A stretch of 44,692 nucleotides of DNA from a virus. Lineage: Duplodnaviria; Caudoviricetes. Positions 35,759-44,692 of the stretch are shown here, piece by piece. Position 1 is the first letter of the stretch. Each line of letters begins with the position of its first letter. A program made the translations under genes and the position numbers. The notes under the pieces were generated by a model. That model worked only from the letters and a program-made list of their open reading frames with translations. It did not search any database and was not told where the DNA came from. Where the stretch lies: positions 1 to 44,692 of IMG/VR virus record IMGVR_UViG_3300046786_000935, one strand, 5' to 3'.

Positions 35759-36928
35759 ATGAAATCAGTGTTGTTTCGTGCCCCAGTGCTGTCGAAGTCC
35801 GGTTACGGTGTTCACGCCCGTCAGGTTGCCAAGTGGCTCTTTTCCAAGGAAGAGGAGTTGGACCTTGACATCACCGTCGAAGCCTTGAATTGGGGCGGCA
35901 CTGGTTGGATCACAGACGTTGAAGCTGAGGATGGATTGGTTGGGCGCGTTCTCCAAGCAACAACCAACGTCAAGCCTTTCTACGATGTGACGATTCAACT
36001 CCAGCTTCCGAACGAGTGGAACCCAATGCTTGGGGCATTCAACATTGGAATCACCGCAGGTGTTGAGACGGATCTCTGCTACCCAGGCTGGGTCGACGCT
36101 GTCAACAACATGAACTTGGTTATCGTCCCGTCCGAGTTCACAAAGGAAACCTTCCTTCGTTCTGGTGATGTTGGCACCCCAATCGTGGTTGTCCCGGAGT
36201 CCTTTGTCGATGAGGTTGTTACGAGCGACAAGCCTCTTGACCTTGATCTCCCAACGAAGTTCAACTTCCTTGTTTTCGGTCAGGTTACAGGCAACAGCCC
36301 GGAGACGGATCGAAAGAACATCCCTTACACCCTCAAGTGGTTGGCTGAAACCTTTGCCAATCGTCCTGACATTGGGGTGATCCTCAAGACGAACATGATG
36401 CGCAACACGAAGCTGGACCGCCACGCTTCCACTGGCATCTTTTCGCAGTTGCTCATGAACATCGTAAAGGGGCCGGGACCTCGGTTCTATCTCCTCCATG
36501 GAGACATGAGCAACGAGGAAGTTGTCGGGCTCTACAAGCACCCCAGCGTGAAGGCATTGGTCACTCTTACCCATGGTGAAGGCTACGGACTTCCAATCTT
36601 GGAAGCGGCTGCCTGTGGTCTGCCTGTGATTGCTCCAGCTTGGTCCGGTCACATGGAGTTCATGAAGCACGGGAAGTTCATCCAGGTTGCCCATGAGGTG
36701 AAAGAGATTGATCCGGGTCGGGTCGACCAAACCATCTTCAGAAAAGAAGCCAAGTGGGCTTACCCCATTGAGGCAGATGCCAAGCACAGGCTGGCGAAGT
36801 TCGTTGAGAGTTCAGAGCTTCCAAGGCAATGGGCCCAGGAGCTCAAGAGCAAGCTTTTGCCTCTTTACAGCTTCGAGGCTGTTTCCGCGATCTACGACAA
36901 CGTGCTCACGGAAGCACTCAAGGGCTGA
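35759..36928 (+). CDS. glycosyltransferase family 4 (GT-B)
   Basis: SGYGVHAR, RKNI, GEGYGLPILEAAACGLPVIAPAWSGH. Confidence 0.9.
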   Translation: MKSVLFRAPVLSKSGYGVHARQVAKWLFSKEEELDLDITVEALNWGGTGWITDVEAEDGLVGRVLQATTNVKPFYDVTIQLQLPNEWNPMLGAFNIGITAGVETDLCYPGWVDAVNNMNLVIVPSEFTKETFLRSGDVGTPIVVVPESFVDEVVTSDKPLDLDLPTKFNFLVFGQVTGNSPETDRKNIPYTLKWLAETFANRPDIGVILKTNMMRNTKLDRHASTGIFSQLLMNIVKGPGPRFYLLHGDMSNEEVVGLYKHPSVKALVTLTHGEGYGLPILEAAACGLPVIAPAWSGHMEFMKHGKFIQVAHEVKEIDPGRVDQTIFRKEAKWAYPIEADAKHRLAKFVESSELPRQWAQELKSKLLPLYSFEAVSAIYDNVLTEALKG

Positions 36929-36931
36929 TCC

Positions 36932-37273
36932 ATGGTTGGGTTTCTGATTTTTCTGTTAATTCTGTCTTTGCTGCTCGTAACTGGGCTTGTAGTTGCGCTA
37001 TTTTACCTATGGCGCTTTGCAAACATCATTCTGGTGTTGGAAGACGACATCTCGGATGCACGGGAAGTTTTCCTTAGTGCCGAGGAGAGCTTGGAAAGCT
37101 GCCTTTCGCAGCCGATGTTTTTTGATTCCCCACAAGTTCAAATGGCGACAATGGAAGCTTTGCTAGGCGTTCGTGCATCGAAAGTAGCGATTGGTAAGCT
37201 GATCCATAAGTTCACCTTGCGCAGCAAGCAAAAGTTTGACGTTGTGGAGGAGAGAGAGGATGACGACGAATGA
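36932..37273 (+). CDS. membrane-anchored hypothetical protein
   Basis: N-terminal hydrophobic helix FLIFLLILSLLLVTGLVVALFYLW. Confidence 0.65.
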   Translation: MVGFLIFLLILSLLLVTGLVVALFYLWRFANIILVLEDDISDAREVFLSAEESLESCLSQPMFFDSPQVQMATMEALLGVRASKVAIGKLIHKFTLRSKQKFDVVEEREDDDE

Positions 37274-38040
37274 CTCAATCCCCGCCACCACCACCAAGAA
37301 AGAAGATCACCAGGAGAAAGCCTGGGGAGAAGAGCTCGAAGTATTACTTCGATGACAAGACGCAGGATGCGATCATTCGCTTCCAGGAAGCAGTTATTGT
37401 CCAGCCTGACGGCTCAACAAAGCCGGATAGCAAGGCAAGGGATAAGATTTACGCTACGGAAATCCTCCCTGCCTTCTCGACTTTGATTGAGAACCTGATC
37501 AACGTCTACGGCTACCATGCGATCTTTGAAAGTCGAGATGACCTCAAGAATGAGTGTCTTGAGTTCCTCTATGGGGTAATCGACAAGTGGAAGAAGGAGC
37601 GTGGGTCAAAGGCTTTCGCTTACTTCAACATCGTGGCAAAGCACTGGCTCACGATCAAGAGCAAGCAGGCTGCAAAGATCGTACAGAACTACGTGTCGAT
37701 CGACAACCGGGACGCCCTGTCCAGGCAGGATGTGCAAGCGATTGAGGACTACAACGTCCTTCCTTCGCCAGAAGACGTGATGACCAACCAGGACTATGCC
37801 AAGAACCTGAAGGCGCTTCTTGCGGCTCTCCAGGACAAGGTGAAGACCGACAATGAAAAGCTCTGCCTGAAGGCCATCAACACAATCGCCGACAACATCG
37901 ACGAAATTGAGATTCTCAGCAAAAGGGCAGTAATGCTCTACATCCGGGAAATTACCGGAATGACTGGCAAGCAGCTATCCATGGTCTTGTCCTCCTTGAA
38001 GAAGCAGTACAAGGTTGTGAAGGAAGAGGTGTTGAAATGA
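37270..38040 (+). CDS. phage RNA polymerase sigma factor (gp55-like, late)
   Basis: Region-2-like DDLKNECLEFLYGVIDKWKKERGSKAFAYFNIVAKH; lies directly upstream of the baseplate genes. Confidence 0.7.
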   Translation: MTQSPPPPPRKKITRRKPGEKSSKYYFDDKTQDAIIRFQEAVIVQPDGSTKPDSKARDKIYATEILPAFSTLIENLINVYGYHAIFESRDDLKNECLEFLYGVIDKWKKERGSKAFAYFNIVAKHWLTIKSKQAAKIVQNYVSIDNRDALSRQDVQAIEDYNVLPSPEDVMTNQDYAKNLKALLAALQDKVKTDNEKLCLKAINTIADNIDEIEILSKRAVMLYIREITGMTGKQLSMVLSSLKKQYKVVKEEVLK

Positions 38041-38468
38041 GAGAAGTTGACGTGGATGAAACGAAGTTTGATGGACCAACACCAACGGAGTTGCACAAGC
38101 AAGCTTCTCAACAAATGAACGACTTCTCGTCCTTGCTTGATAGCTTGAACAAGTTGAAGGACAAGAAGAAGCGTCTCTGGCAACTGATCTTCGAGAACGC
38201 TGTGACGGACCGCAGAAATGCGTATGTTGCATTCGTTGACCTCTATTCCCAGGTCCACTCCTCTCACGAGAAGCACGCAATCCACGGCCAGAACCTTTCA
38301 AAGTACCTGGAGCGTATGGGCAAGGCAACGGACCAGCTCTTGAAGTTGGCCGAGCTTGTTGCTGCCGCCGAGGAGAAAGAGGTTCCCGAGGAAAGCGATG
38401 AGGGGCTGCCTGAAGACTCAAACGGCGATATTTACTCGCAAATCCAAAACCGCAAAGGCAAGAACTGA
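38037..38468 (+). CDS. hypothetical helical protein
   Basis: ATGA-coupled to the sigma gene. Confidence 0.7.
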   Translation: MREVDVDETKFDGPTPTELHKQASQQMNDFSSLLDSLNKLKDKKKRLWQLIFENAVTDRRNAYVAFVDLYSQVHSSHEKHAIHGQNLSKYLERMGKATDQLLKLAELVAAAEEKEVPEESDEGLPEDSNGDIYSQIQNRKGKN

Positions 38469-38495
38469 CTTTCAGTTCATCCTCTACCTATTCGC

Positions 38496-40160
38496 ATGGG
38501 ATCAAGAGGAGAAAACATTGGTCGCCGCCTAACTGGTGGTGTAAGCCCAAACGACACGACACAACGCACGAGGGAATGGCTCCAGGGTGGGGCTGCTCCA
38601 TTCCTACAACGTGCTGTTGTGGTTGAGGTTTTCTACGATCCAACTTCCTTGACACAGGAAGAGCTGGAGCGTCTCCAGGACACTGTAGCAAACCCAGAGC
38701 TCGTTGAGGGAATGCCGGTAAATTCCATTCTTGCCAGGATGGTTACAAACAGCCAAGACCTCGGCACTCCAAGCCTGTTCATCTTCTTCCCCTTGTTCTC
38801 CTCTCACTTCCAGTTGCCAGCAAAAGCTGGCGAGCAAGTGGTGGTCCTTTTTGAGGACTATTCGAGGATGGGTGGAACTGTTGGATACTGGCTGACTCGT
38901 CCTATGGCAGTCCGTCAGGTTGAGGATGTGAACTACACCCACGCTGACCGTGTATACGATCCTTACAACCACCCTATGGCAATCCCAAGGGGAATGGTAA
39001 GCTCCCTGACAGCCTCAGCTCCAACATTCCCAAATGGAGCTGGGACGCCAGAGTCTTTCTCCTTGCAGCCATCGGGTTCTGGAAACCCGTATGACGCCAT
39101 TGTGAACACTTCCAAGGCGATGAAGCAGTTCACCTTCGAGCCCGTTCCTCGCTTCAGGAAGCGCCCTGGAGACCTTCTCCTCCAAGGTTCGAACAATTCC
39201 ATGGTTCTCCTTGGAAGCGACCGTACAGGACCTTCCACGAAGGTCTCAGGGTCCCAAGGAAAGGACATCGTCGAGCTTGCTGGGGTAGTGGACATTGTCA
39301 CCGGCTTCGGTTCCGTTCGCAAGTTTCCAACCGATCACAGGTCTGATCCAAACCAGTACAGCCCAACGGCCCCCAGGGTCATTGAGAATGTGCGAGGCAA
39401 GAAGGAAGTCTACAAGACCCCATACAAGAGCCAGAAGGTTGATAACCCAAAAGAAGGCGACCCGGACTTTCTGAGGGACCTATCTCGCTTGTATCTTGCC
39501 ATGAAGACCAAGGGCGACCTGAACTTTGGCATTCAGTTTGGTGGGAATAGCGGGATTCTCCCAAACTCCCAGAACTACTTTGGCACTGCTGTTGCTGACT
39601 TGCCATCTCAAAATCAAGATGGACAGCCATTTGCTGTCTTGAAGTCCGAGCAAGTTCGCTTGATCGCCAAAGGCAAGGACGCAGATAATGGCCCTTCCGA
39701 GAGCGGAGAAATTCGCCTTATCAAAGAGGGGACAGTTGACGACAAAGACCTCTCTGTCTTTGTGATGTCGAAAGATGGACGTGTCCTGATGATGGGAAAG
39801 GATGTCCAAATCCAAACCCACCAGGACGGGAAGGTGCTGCTGAAGTGTAAGACCGCTGAGGCATCTGACGCTGATCCTATTGTCCTTTACTCCAAGTTCA
39901 AGGAGTGCGTCGAGGACATCTACTCCAAACTGAACGAGCTTAGGAACGAAACAGCAAATCAGCTTGCCAATGTCGCGAACACAGGTCTTTCCGTTGTGAA
40001 TGCAGCCGGTCCATTCAGCCCAATTCCTGGATTGATTGGAGCAAAGGCATCGCTTTTGGCAGCTCGTGGCAGTTTGCAAGCTCTGAACTTGGATTTCAGA
40101 CCAAAGATCGCCCCATGCCGTTCCAAGTGGGTATTTGTGAACAAGGAGAACCAGTCATGA
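38496..40160 (+). CDS. baseplate hub/spike protein (gp5/VgrG-like)
   Basis: OB-fold-like PAKAGEQVVVLF...GYW and GDLLLQGSNNSMVLLG; lies just before the gp25- and gp6-like genes. Confidence 0.6.
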   Translation: MGSRGENIGRRLTGGVSPNDTTQRTREWLQGGAAPFLQRAVVVEVFYDPTSLTQEELERLQDTVANPELVEGMPVNSILARMVTNSQDLGTPSLFIFFPLFSSHFQLPAKAGEQVVVLFEDYSRMGGTVGYWLTRPMAVRQVEDVNYTHADRVYDPYNHPMAIPRGMVSSLTASAPTFPNGAGTPESFSLQPSGSGNPYDAIVNTSKAMKQFTFEPVPRFRKRPGDLLLQGSNNSMVLLGSDRTGPSTKVSGSQGKDIVELAGVVDIVTGFGSVRKFPTDHRSDPNQYSPTAPRVIENVRGKKEVYKTPYKSQKVDNPKEGDPDFLRDLSRLYLAMKTKGDLNFGIQFGGNSGILPNSQNYFGTAVADLPSQNQDGQPFAVLKSEQVRLIAKGKDADNGPSESGEIRLIKEGTVDDKDLSVFVMSKDGRVLMMGKDVQIQTHQDGKVLLKCKTAEASDADPIVLYSKFKECVEDIYSKLNELRNETANQLANVANTGLSVVNAAGPFSPIPGLIGAKASLLAARGSLQALNLDFRPKIAPCRSKWVFVNKENQS

Positions 40161-40483
40161 GTGTCACGAAGAAGCAATTTGAAGAAGCCATGAAGCAGGC
40201 CCAGTTGAACATCGCCGACTTTGAACCGACTTCCTCGCTACCAGCTTCTTCCAATGGATCATCCCAAGGGGAGGTTACGGTTGACATTCAAGCTGCAAAG
40301 GGGGAATTCGCATCCAAGGCTGCCTCGGAGCTAACAGCCGCCCTATTTGATCACATCAAGGAAATGGCAAAGGATGGGGCCAAGAGCGAGATTGATACCC
40401 AGCAGATCATTCAGAAGCTCTCTAACCTTGAAACGCAGCTTCAGGCCATTCAAGCAATTCTCGCGAGAAACAGCCTTTCGTGA
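40157..40483 (+). CDS. hypothetical protein in the baseplate module
   Basis: AAGGAG RBS and ATGA coupling. Confidence 0.65.
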   Translation: MSVTKKQFEEAMKQAQLNIADFEPTSSLPASSNGSSQGEVTVDIQAAKGEFASKAASELTAALFDHIKEMAKDGAKSEIDTQQIIQKLSNLETQLQAIQAILARNSLS

Positions 40484-40490
40484 TCCTGAA

Positions 40491-40496
40491 TAGTTA
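40491..40496 (+). promoter_or_regulatory. TANTTA putative late promoter element (representative copy, gp25-like gene)
   Basis: TAGTTA 5 nt before ATG 40502; other copies on + at 6848, 9098, 11877, 13431, 24044, 31635, 33260, 42853 and on - at 4668-4673, 6141-6146, 17975-17980, 26451-26456. Confidence 0.65.
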
Positions 40497-40501
40497 AGCG
40501 C

Positions 40502-40975
40502 ATGGCTCTTCAAGACTTCAAGAACGTCGGAATCCGTGAGTTTCAGATTCAGAACGTCCGCACTACCACACAAAGCGTACTGCCAATTGGAATCAAGACC
40601 CCAGTTGAATTTGGTGGTAATGGCGAAGGTCTCTTTGCCATGCACACCAATGTCCAGGATGCCGTTCATGACAACTTGAGGAACCTCTTGTTGACCAACT
40701 TTGGCGATCGGTTGGTTCACTACGACTTCGGAGCTGACCTTCGACCTCTGGTGGCTGACTTCTCTTCCAAGGATGATTTCGACAAAGAAGCGATGATCCG
40801 CATTAACACTGCTGTGGCGAAGTGGATGCCGTTCATCTCCCTTGTTGGCTTTGATTCAAGACCAGAGTTCATTGACAACAGATACACCGGGAAAATTGTT
40901 CTCCTGGTAGTCTACAGCGTTCCACAGTTGGGTGTCACGGAAAAGGCACTGGAAGTGCTCCTCTACGTTATTTAA
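40502..40975 (+). CDS. baseplate wedge protein, gp25/GPW-like
   Basis: NLRNLLLTNFGDRLVHYDFGADL...INTAVAKWMPFI. Confidence 0.85.
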   Translation: MALQDFKNVGIREFQIQNVRTTTQSVLPIGIKTPVEFGGNGEGLFAMHTNVQDAVHDNLRNLLLTNFGDRLVHYDFGADLRPLVADFSSKDDFDKEAMIRINTAVAKWMPFISLVGFDSRPEFIDNRYTGKIVLLVVYSVPQLGVTEKALEVLLYVI

Positions 40976-40983
40976 GGTGAATC

Positions 40984-42828
40984 ATGCCAGTCGATAGTCG
41001 CAACCCAGTCATCAAGGCAGTCAAGCAACGCAAGTACCTCAACAAGGACTTCGATGGCTTCCGTTCCGATCTCTACGAATACGCCAAGATCCACTTCCCT
41101 GACCGCATCCGTGACTTTTCGGAAGCTAGCTTGGGCGGAATGCTCCTGGAGTTGGCCGCATATGTCGGGGACGTGCAGTCCTTCTACCTGGATCACCAGT
41201 TCCATGAACTCAACCCAGAAACCGCTGTTGAAGCCAGGAACATCCAATCCCACCTCCGCAATGCTGGAGTGGAAATTGTCGGAGCTTCACCTGCTGTTGT
41301 CGATGTGACCTTCTCAGTTGAGGTGCCAGCGGATTCGTCTGTAAGCCCTCCAACTCCTCTCAGGAGTGCCATGCCTCTGATCTACGCCGGAACAAGAGTG
41401 CAGGCTCAGAATGGTGTGCAATTCGAACTGACAGAAGACCTGGACTTTGCTGACCTCAACAGCGACGGGAGCTTGAAGGCAACAGTACGCATCTCCCAGA
41501 GGGATGCAAACAACCTCCCAACCTACTTCACCATGGAGAGGACTGGGATTTGCATTTCGGGTTTCAGGGCAACGGAATCGTTCTCTGTTGGCTCTTTTGA
41601 ACCATTCAAGAAGTACACCTTGGCACAAGAGAACGTCACACAGGTTGTCTACGTTCAGGACTCCCTTGGAAACGACTACTACGAGGTTGGATACCTCGCT
41701 CAGAACGTGATCTACAAGGCCCTCACCAACCAAAATGAAGATGGGGATTTGGTGCCTGACAATCTCCAAATCATCCCTTGCCCTTACCGTTTTTTGAAGG
41801 AAATGGCAATCGACACAAGGTTGACAACCCTGACCTTTGGTGGTGGAAATGCTGATTCCCTGGATGATGATGCAATCCCAGATCCATCGGAGTTTGCTCT
41901 TCCCCTCTATGGGAAAACAACCTTTTCCAGGTACACCCTGAACCCCTCCAACCTTCTCCAGACAACCACCTTGGGTGTCATTGGAGCCAACACCACGATT
42001 ACCGTGGAATATCGGTATGGAGGAGGATTGAGCCACAACGTTGACCGTGGAGCTATCAACAGCACCGTAAACCTTGTGATTGCCTTCCCTCGCTCCCCAA
42101 GTGCTGATGTGGCCGCCAGGGTTCGCCAGAGCTTGTTTGTCAGGAATGACGAAAAGGCTTCGGGTGGTGAGGACGCTCCAAACCTTGATGAGCTCAAGCT
42201 CAGGGTGGGTGGAGCCCGAGGAGCTCAGTCCAGGATTGTCACGAAGGAAGACCTCTTGGCAAGGGTCTACACCATGCCAGCCAACTTTGGTAGGGTGTTC
42301 AGGGCTTCGATTCGATCCAACCCAAACAACCCCCTTTCTTCCTTGCTGTACATCATCTCCAGGGATTCATCGAGCCAGTTGATCACCTCGCCAGATTCCC
42401 TGAAGAAGAACTTGGCGAAGTACCTCAATGAGTACAGGATGATCTCCGACGCCATCGACATCCTGGATGCCCAGGTGATCAACCTTCAGGTAGATTTCAC
42501 AATCGTTGCCGACCCAACTTACAACCGAGCTCAGGTCCTCAACAACGTTCTCGTGAAACTGAAGCAGTATTTCGACATCAAGCACTACGAAATCGACCAA
42601 CCGATCGTCCTTGATGACATTCGGAACATCATCTACAACAACCCAGGTGTCCTTTCCCTTCAAAGCCTAAACCTGCGAAACGTCACAGGAACAAGCGGAA
42701 CCAGGACGTACAGCGATGTGCAATTTGACGTAAATGGCAACACAAATCGTGGTTTTGTGATGGGTCCTCCAGGTTCGATCTTTGAAGTCCGCTACAAAGA
42801 GGATGACCTGATCGGTACAGTGGTATAG
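40984..42828 (+). CDS. baseplate wedge protein, gp6/baseplate J-like
   Basis: YLNKDFDGFRSDL...DFSEASLGGMLLELAAYVGD...ASGGED...QSRIVTKEDL. Confidence 0.88.
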   Translation: MPVDSRNPVIKAVKQRKYLNKDFDGFRSDLYEYAKIHFPDRIRDFSEASLGGMLLELAAYVGDVQSFYLDHQFHELNPETAVEARNIQSHLRNAGVEIVGASPAVVDVTFSVEVPADSSVSPPTPLRSAMPLIYAGTRVQAQNGVQFELTEDLDFADLNSDGSLKATVRISQRDANNLPTYFTMERTGICISGFRATESFSVGSFEPFKKYTLAQENVTQVVYVQDSLGNDYYEVGYLAQNVIYKALTNQNEDGDLVPDNLQIIPCPYRFLKEMAIDTRLTTLTFGGGNADSLDDDAIPDPSEFALPLYGKTTFSRYTLNPSNLLQTTTLGVIGANTTITVEYRYGGGLSHNVDRGAINSTVNLVIAFPRSPSADVAARVRQSLFVRNDEKASGGEDAPNLDELKLRVGGARGAQSRIVTKEDLLARVYTMPANFGRVFRASIRSNPNNPLSSLLYIISRDSSSQLITSPDSLKKNLAKYLNEYRMISDAIDILDAQVINLQVDFTIVADPTYNRAQVLNNVLVKLKQYFDIKHYEIDQPIVLDDIRNIIYNNPGVLSLQSLNLRNVTGTSGTRTYSDVQFDVNGNTNRGFVMGPPGSIFEVRYKEDDLIGTVV

Positions 42829-42867
42829 CCACCTCAAAGAAGAAGGGCTGGATAATTACCTCCAGCC

Positions 42868-44400
42868 ATGTACCGCATCCTGCCAATCTCCAAAGACACC
42901 TACCTGACCAACAAGATCATTGCTGGCTCCGGTTCAACTTCTTCGAACGTTGGACAGGCTGGCACCTTGGATCTTTACAAGATTTGGACGTTGGTAACAT
43001 CCGGCAGCACCCCAACAGTCGAGACCTCCCGACTCCTGGTGCAGCCCGACCTTGATCCGCTTCGCTCTTTGACAGGTTCCCTGCTCAACATCGCGGATTC
43101 ATCCTTCAAGTGCTACCTCTCCCTCAAGGATGTCTATGGAGGACAGACCACTCCGTCCAACTTTGCTATTGTCCTCAACCCGCTTTCAAAGTCCTGGGAT
43201 GAGGGTCGAGGACGAGATGTGAGGCTCTACAGAGACTTGGACTCGGCCAATTGGGTGACTGCCTCGGTTGACAACGGAACGCCCTCTACTTGGGCTGTTA
43301 CGGGCGCTGCGGGCAGCGGTACAGATTACCTCCCTGCCTACGAGGTGAAGCAAACCTTTGCGAGGGGTGACGAGAACCTCTTGATGGATGTGACTTCCAT
43401 CGTCTCTGCGACCCTTGCTGGAGTTATCTCGGACTATGGCTGGAGGCTTGCATACAGCTCCTCCTACGAGAACGACGAGAGCACCTACTTCGTGAAGAGA
43501 TTTGGTTCGAGACATACCTCCAACCTGAATCTTCACCCAAAGCTGATCGTGACCTACGGGGACACCCTTGAGGATAGCGGAAGTCAAGCTGTTTTTGGTC
43601 AAACCAACAAGATCCGCACCTACAACAAGGTGAATGGAGCTTACAGCTACTTCTACTCGGGCTCCCAGGCTGTTACGGGTTCGGACTCCTTGATGCTGGT
43701 GATGGTTGCTTCCAAGAGCGTCAACATCACGACCTCATCCTACGAGACCAACTTCTCTGCTTCGATCACCTACACGACGAGCAGCTACTCCTATTTCTCT
43801 TCTTCTTTCTCCGCCTCTCTCTCCTCTATTGGTAATCTTCCACTGGTAGGGTACTACGAGGCAGCGGTTGGAATGAACCCGCAGCTTACATCGTCCCTTG
43901 CAACCTTCCTGGGATCGGACAAGTCAGCGGTATTCCAGACCTATTGGAAGAGCCTGGACGGGACAGTTCTCTATAGCTCTGGTTCTTGGATGACCTTCAC
44001 CCTCCCACAATCAGGGGAAACAGTGAGCTCGGAGAGGAACTTTGTGGTCAACGTGACCAATCTCAAGGAGGAGTACGTTCAGGACCAAACTGTTCGCTTC
44101 CGCGTATTCGTCCAGGACAGGAACACTGAACAGCCAGCGCTCAGGCTTCCAACACCAGCCAAGTCCTTCCTTTTTGGAGCAATGTACTGGAGGTTGCTAA
44201 ATGCCTTCTCCCGTGAGGTTGTTATCCCATTTCACAGCACAGGAACTAAGATGTCCTCTGATGGGTTCGGCAGGTACTTCGACATGTACATGGAAGACCT
44301 TGACCCTCAAGTGGTCTATGAGCTCGAATTCCAGATCACTGAAGCTGGTAGGGATTACTTTATCACCAACCAGGGATTCCGCTTCAAGGTAGTGCCATAA
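42868..44400 (+). CDS. virion/baseplate-associated structural protein
   Basis: SKDTYL, LSKSWDEGRG, MDVTSIV, KRFGSRH...PKL pattern; TAATTA upstream; baseplate context. Confidence 0.65.
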   Translation: MYRILPISKDTYLTNKIIAGSGSTSSNVGQAGTLDLYKIWTLVTSGSTPTVETSRLLVQPDLDPLRSLTGSLLNIADSSFKCYLSLKDVYGGQTTPSNFAIVLNPLSKSWDEGRGRDVRLYRDLDSANWVTASVDNGTPSTWAVTGAAGSGTDYLPAYEVKQTFARGDENLLMDVTSIVSATLAGVISDYGWRLAYSSSYENDESTYFVKRFGSRHTSNLNLHPKLIVTYGDTLEDSGSQAVFGQTNKIRTYNKVNGAYSYFYSGSQAVTGSDSLMLVMVASKSVNITTSSYETNFSASITYTTSSYSYFSSSFSASLSSIGNLPLVGYYEAAVGMNPQLTSSLATFLGSDKSAVFQTYWKSLDGTVLYSSGSWMTFTLPQSGETVSSERNFVVNVTNLKEEYVQDQTVRFRVFVQDRNTEQPALRLPTPAKSFLFGAMYWRLLNAFSREVVIPFHSTGTKMSSDGFGRYFDMYMEDLDPQVVYELEFQITEAGRDYFITNQGFRFKVVP

Positions 44401-44692
44401 TGCCAAGTCCACGAAATCTGAGACTCAACAGACCACCTCTGTTTTCGCCTTCTGTTATCCGTCAAGTTGGAGATGGAGGATCGGGTGGCAGTGGATTCTA
44501 CGAAACCACCTTGACTGCTATGTCCGGGACAGCTCTGGACAGCTCCGGTTCGTTTCGCTATTCCTTGCAAAAGGAAGGAATGAAGTCCACCCAGCAACTC
44601 AATGTGGATTGGTCTGCCTTCGAGAATCACACCTTCTTCAACTCCGCTTATGTGAAATCGAACGTTGCCTTCAGGAAGATTTTCGATCAATT
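44400..44692 (+). CDS. structural protein, 5' part (runs off the window)
   Basis: TAATG-coupled start; open frame MPSPRNLRLNRPPLFSP...KSTQQLNVDWSAFENHTFFNSA. Confidence 0.7.
   Translation, partial: MPSPRNLRLNRPPLFSPSVIRQVGDGGSGGSGFYETTLTAMSGTALDSSGSFRYSLQKEGMKSTQQLNVDWSAFENHTFFNSAYVKSNVAFRKIFDQ

Noticed and set aside
34212-36787. Long antisense ORFs (34212-35675, 35765-36787; similar ones at 29878-30807 and 11019-11783)
   Set aside because: They are shadows of well-supported genes on the opposite strand and contain no recognisable motifs.
1-44692. Genome-wide TAG-to-Gln recoding (genetic code 15)
   Set aside because: Only one gene is split by TAG. Long structural genes are intact under code 11, and TAG ends several genes at sensible positions (e.g. 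24023, 33262, 34272, 42828).

Overview
This window is part of a large T4-like (contractile-tailed) phage genome. From left to right it holds three free-standing homing endonucleases (HNH, EndoVII-type, GIY-YIG), a YkuK-type RNase H, a YkgJ Cys-cluster protein, a degenerate GroEL-like chaperonin, an Hc1 histone-like protein, PIN-PhoH, two virion/fibre-like proteins, a prim-pol and a Cas4/RecB-like nuclease. A ~20 kb glycosylation region follows (7 glycosyltransferases, UDP-glucose dehydrogenase, SAM methyltransferase, radical SAM), interrupted by ADP-ribosyltransferase-like cassettes with their own putative late promoters. The window ends with a gp55-like sigma factor and the start of the baseplate module. 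The most striking unexplained feature is a family of about 12 translationally coupled mini-ORFs (21.3-22.7 kb, 27.2 kb, 28.6-29.3 kb), several missed by the ORF track. Eleven share a P-F-R-x-T-(C)-L tag, and at least seven resemble the most conserved segments of a gp23-type major capsid protein, suggesting a capsid-mimic peptide system. Other signals: an endonuclease that duplicates the last 9 codons of its RNase H neighbour, a single in-frame amber codon at a probable Gln position, and a TANTTA element usually 5-6 nt before the start codon of late genes. All family assignments come from motif recognition by eye; no database searches were run.
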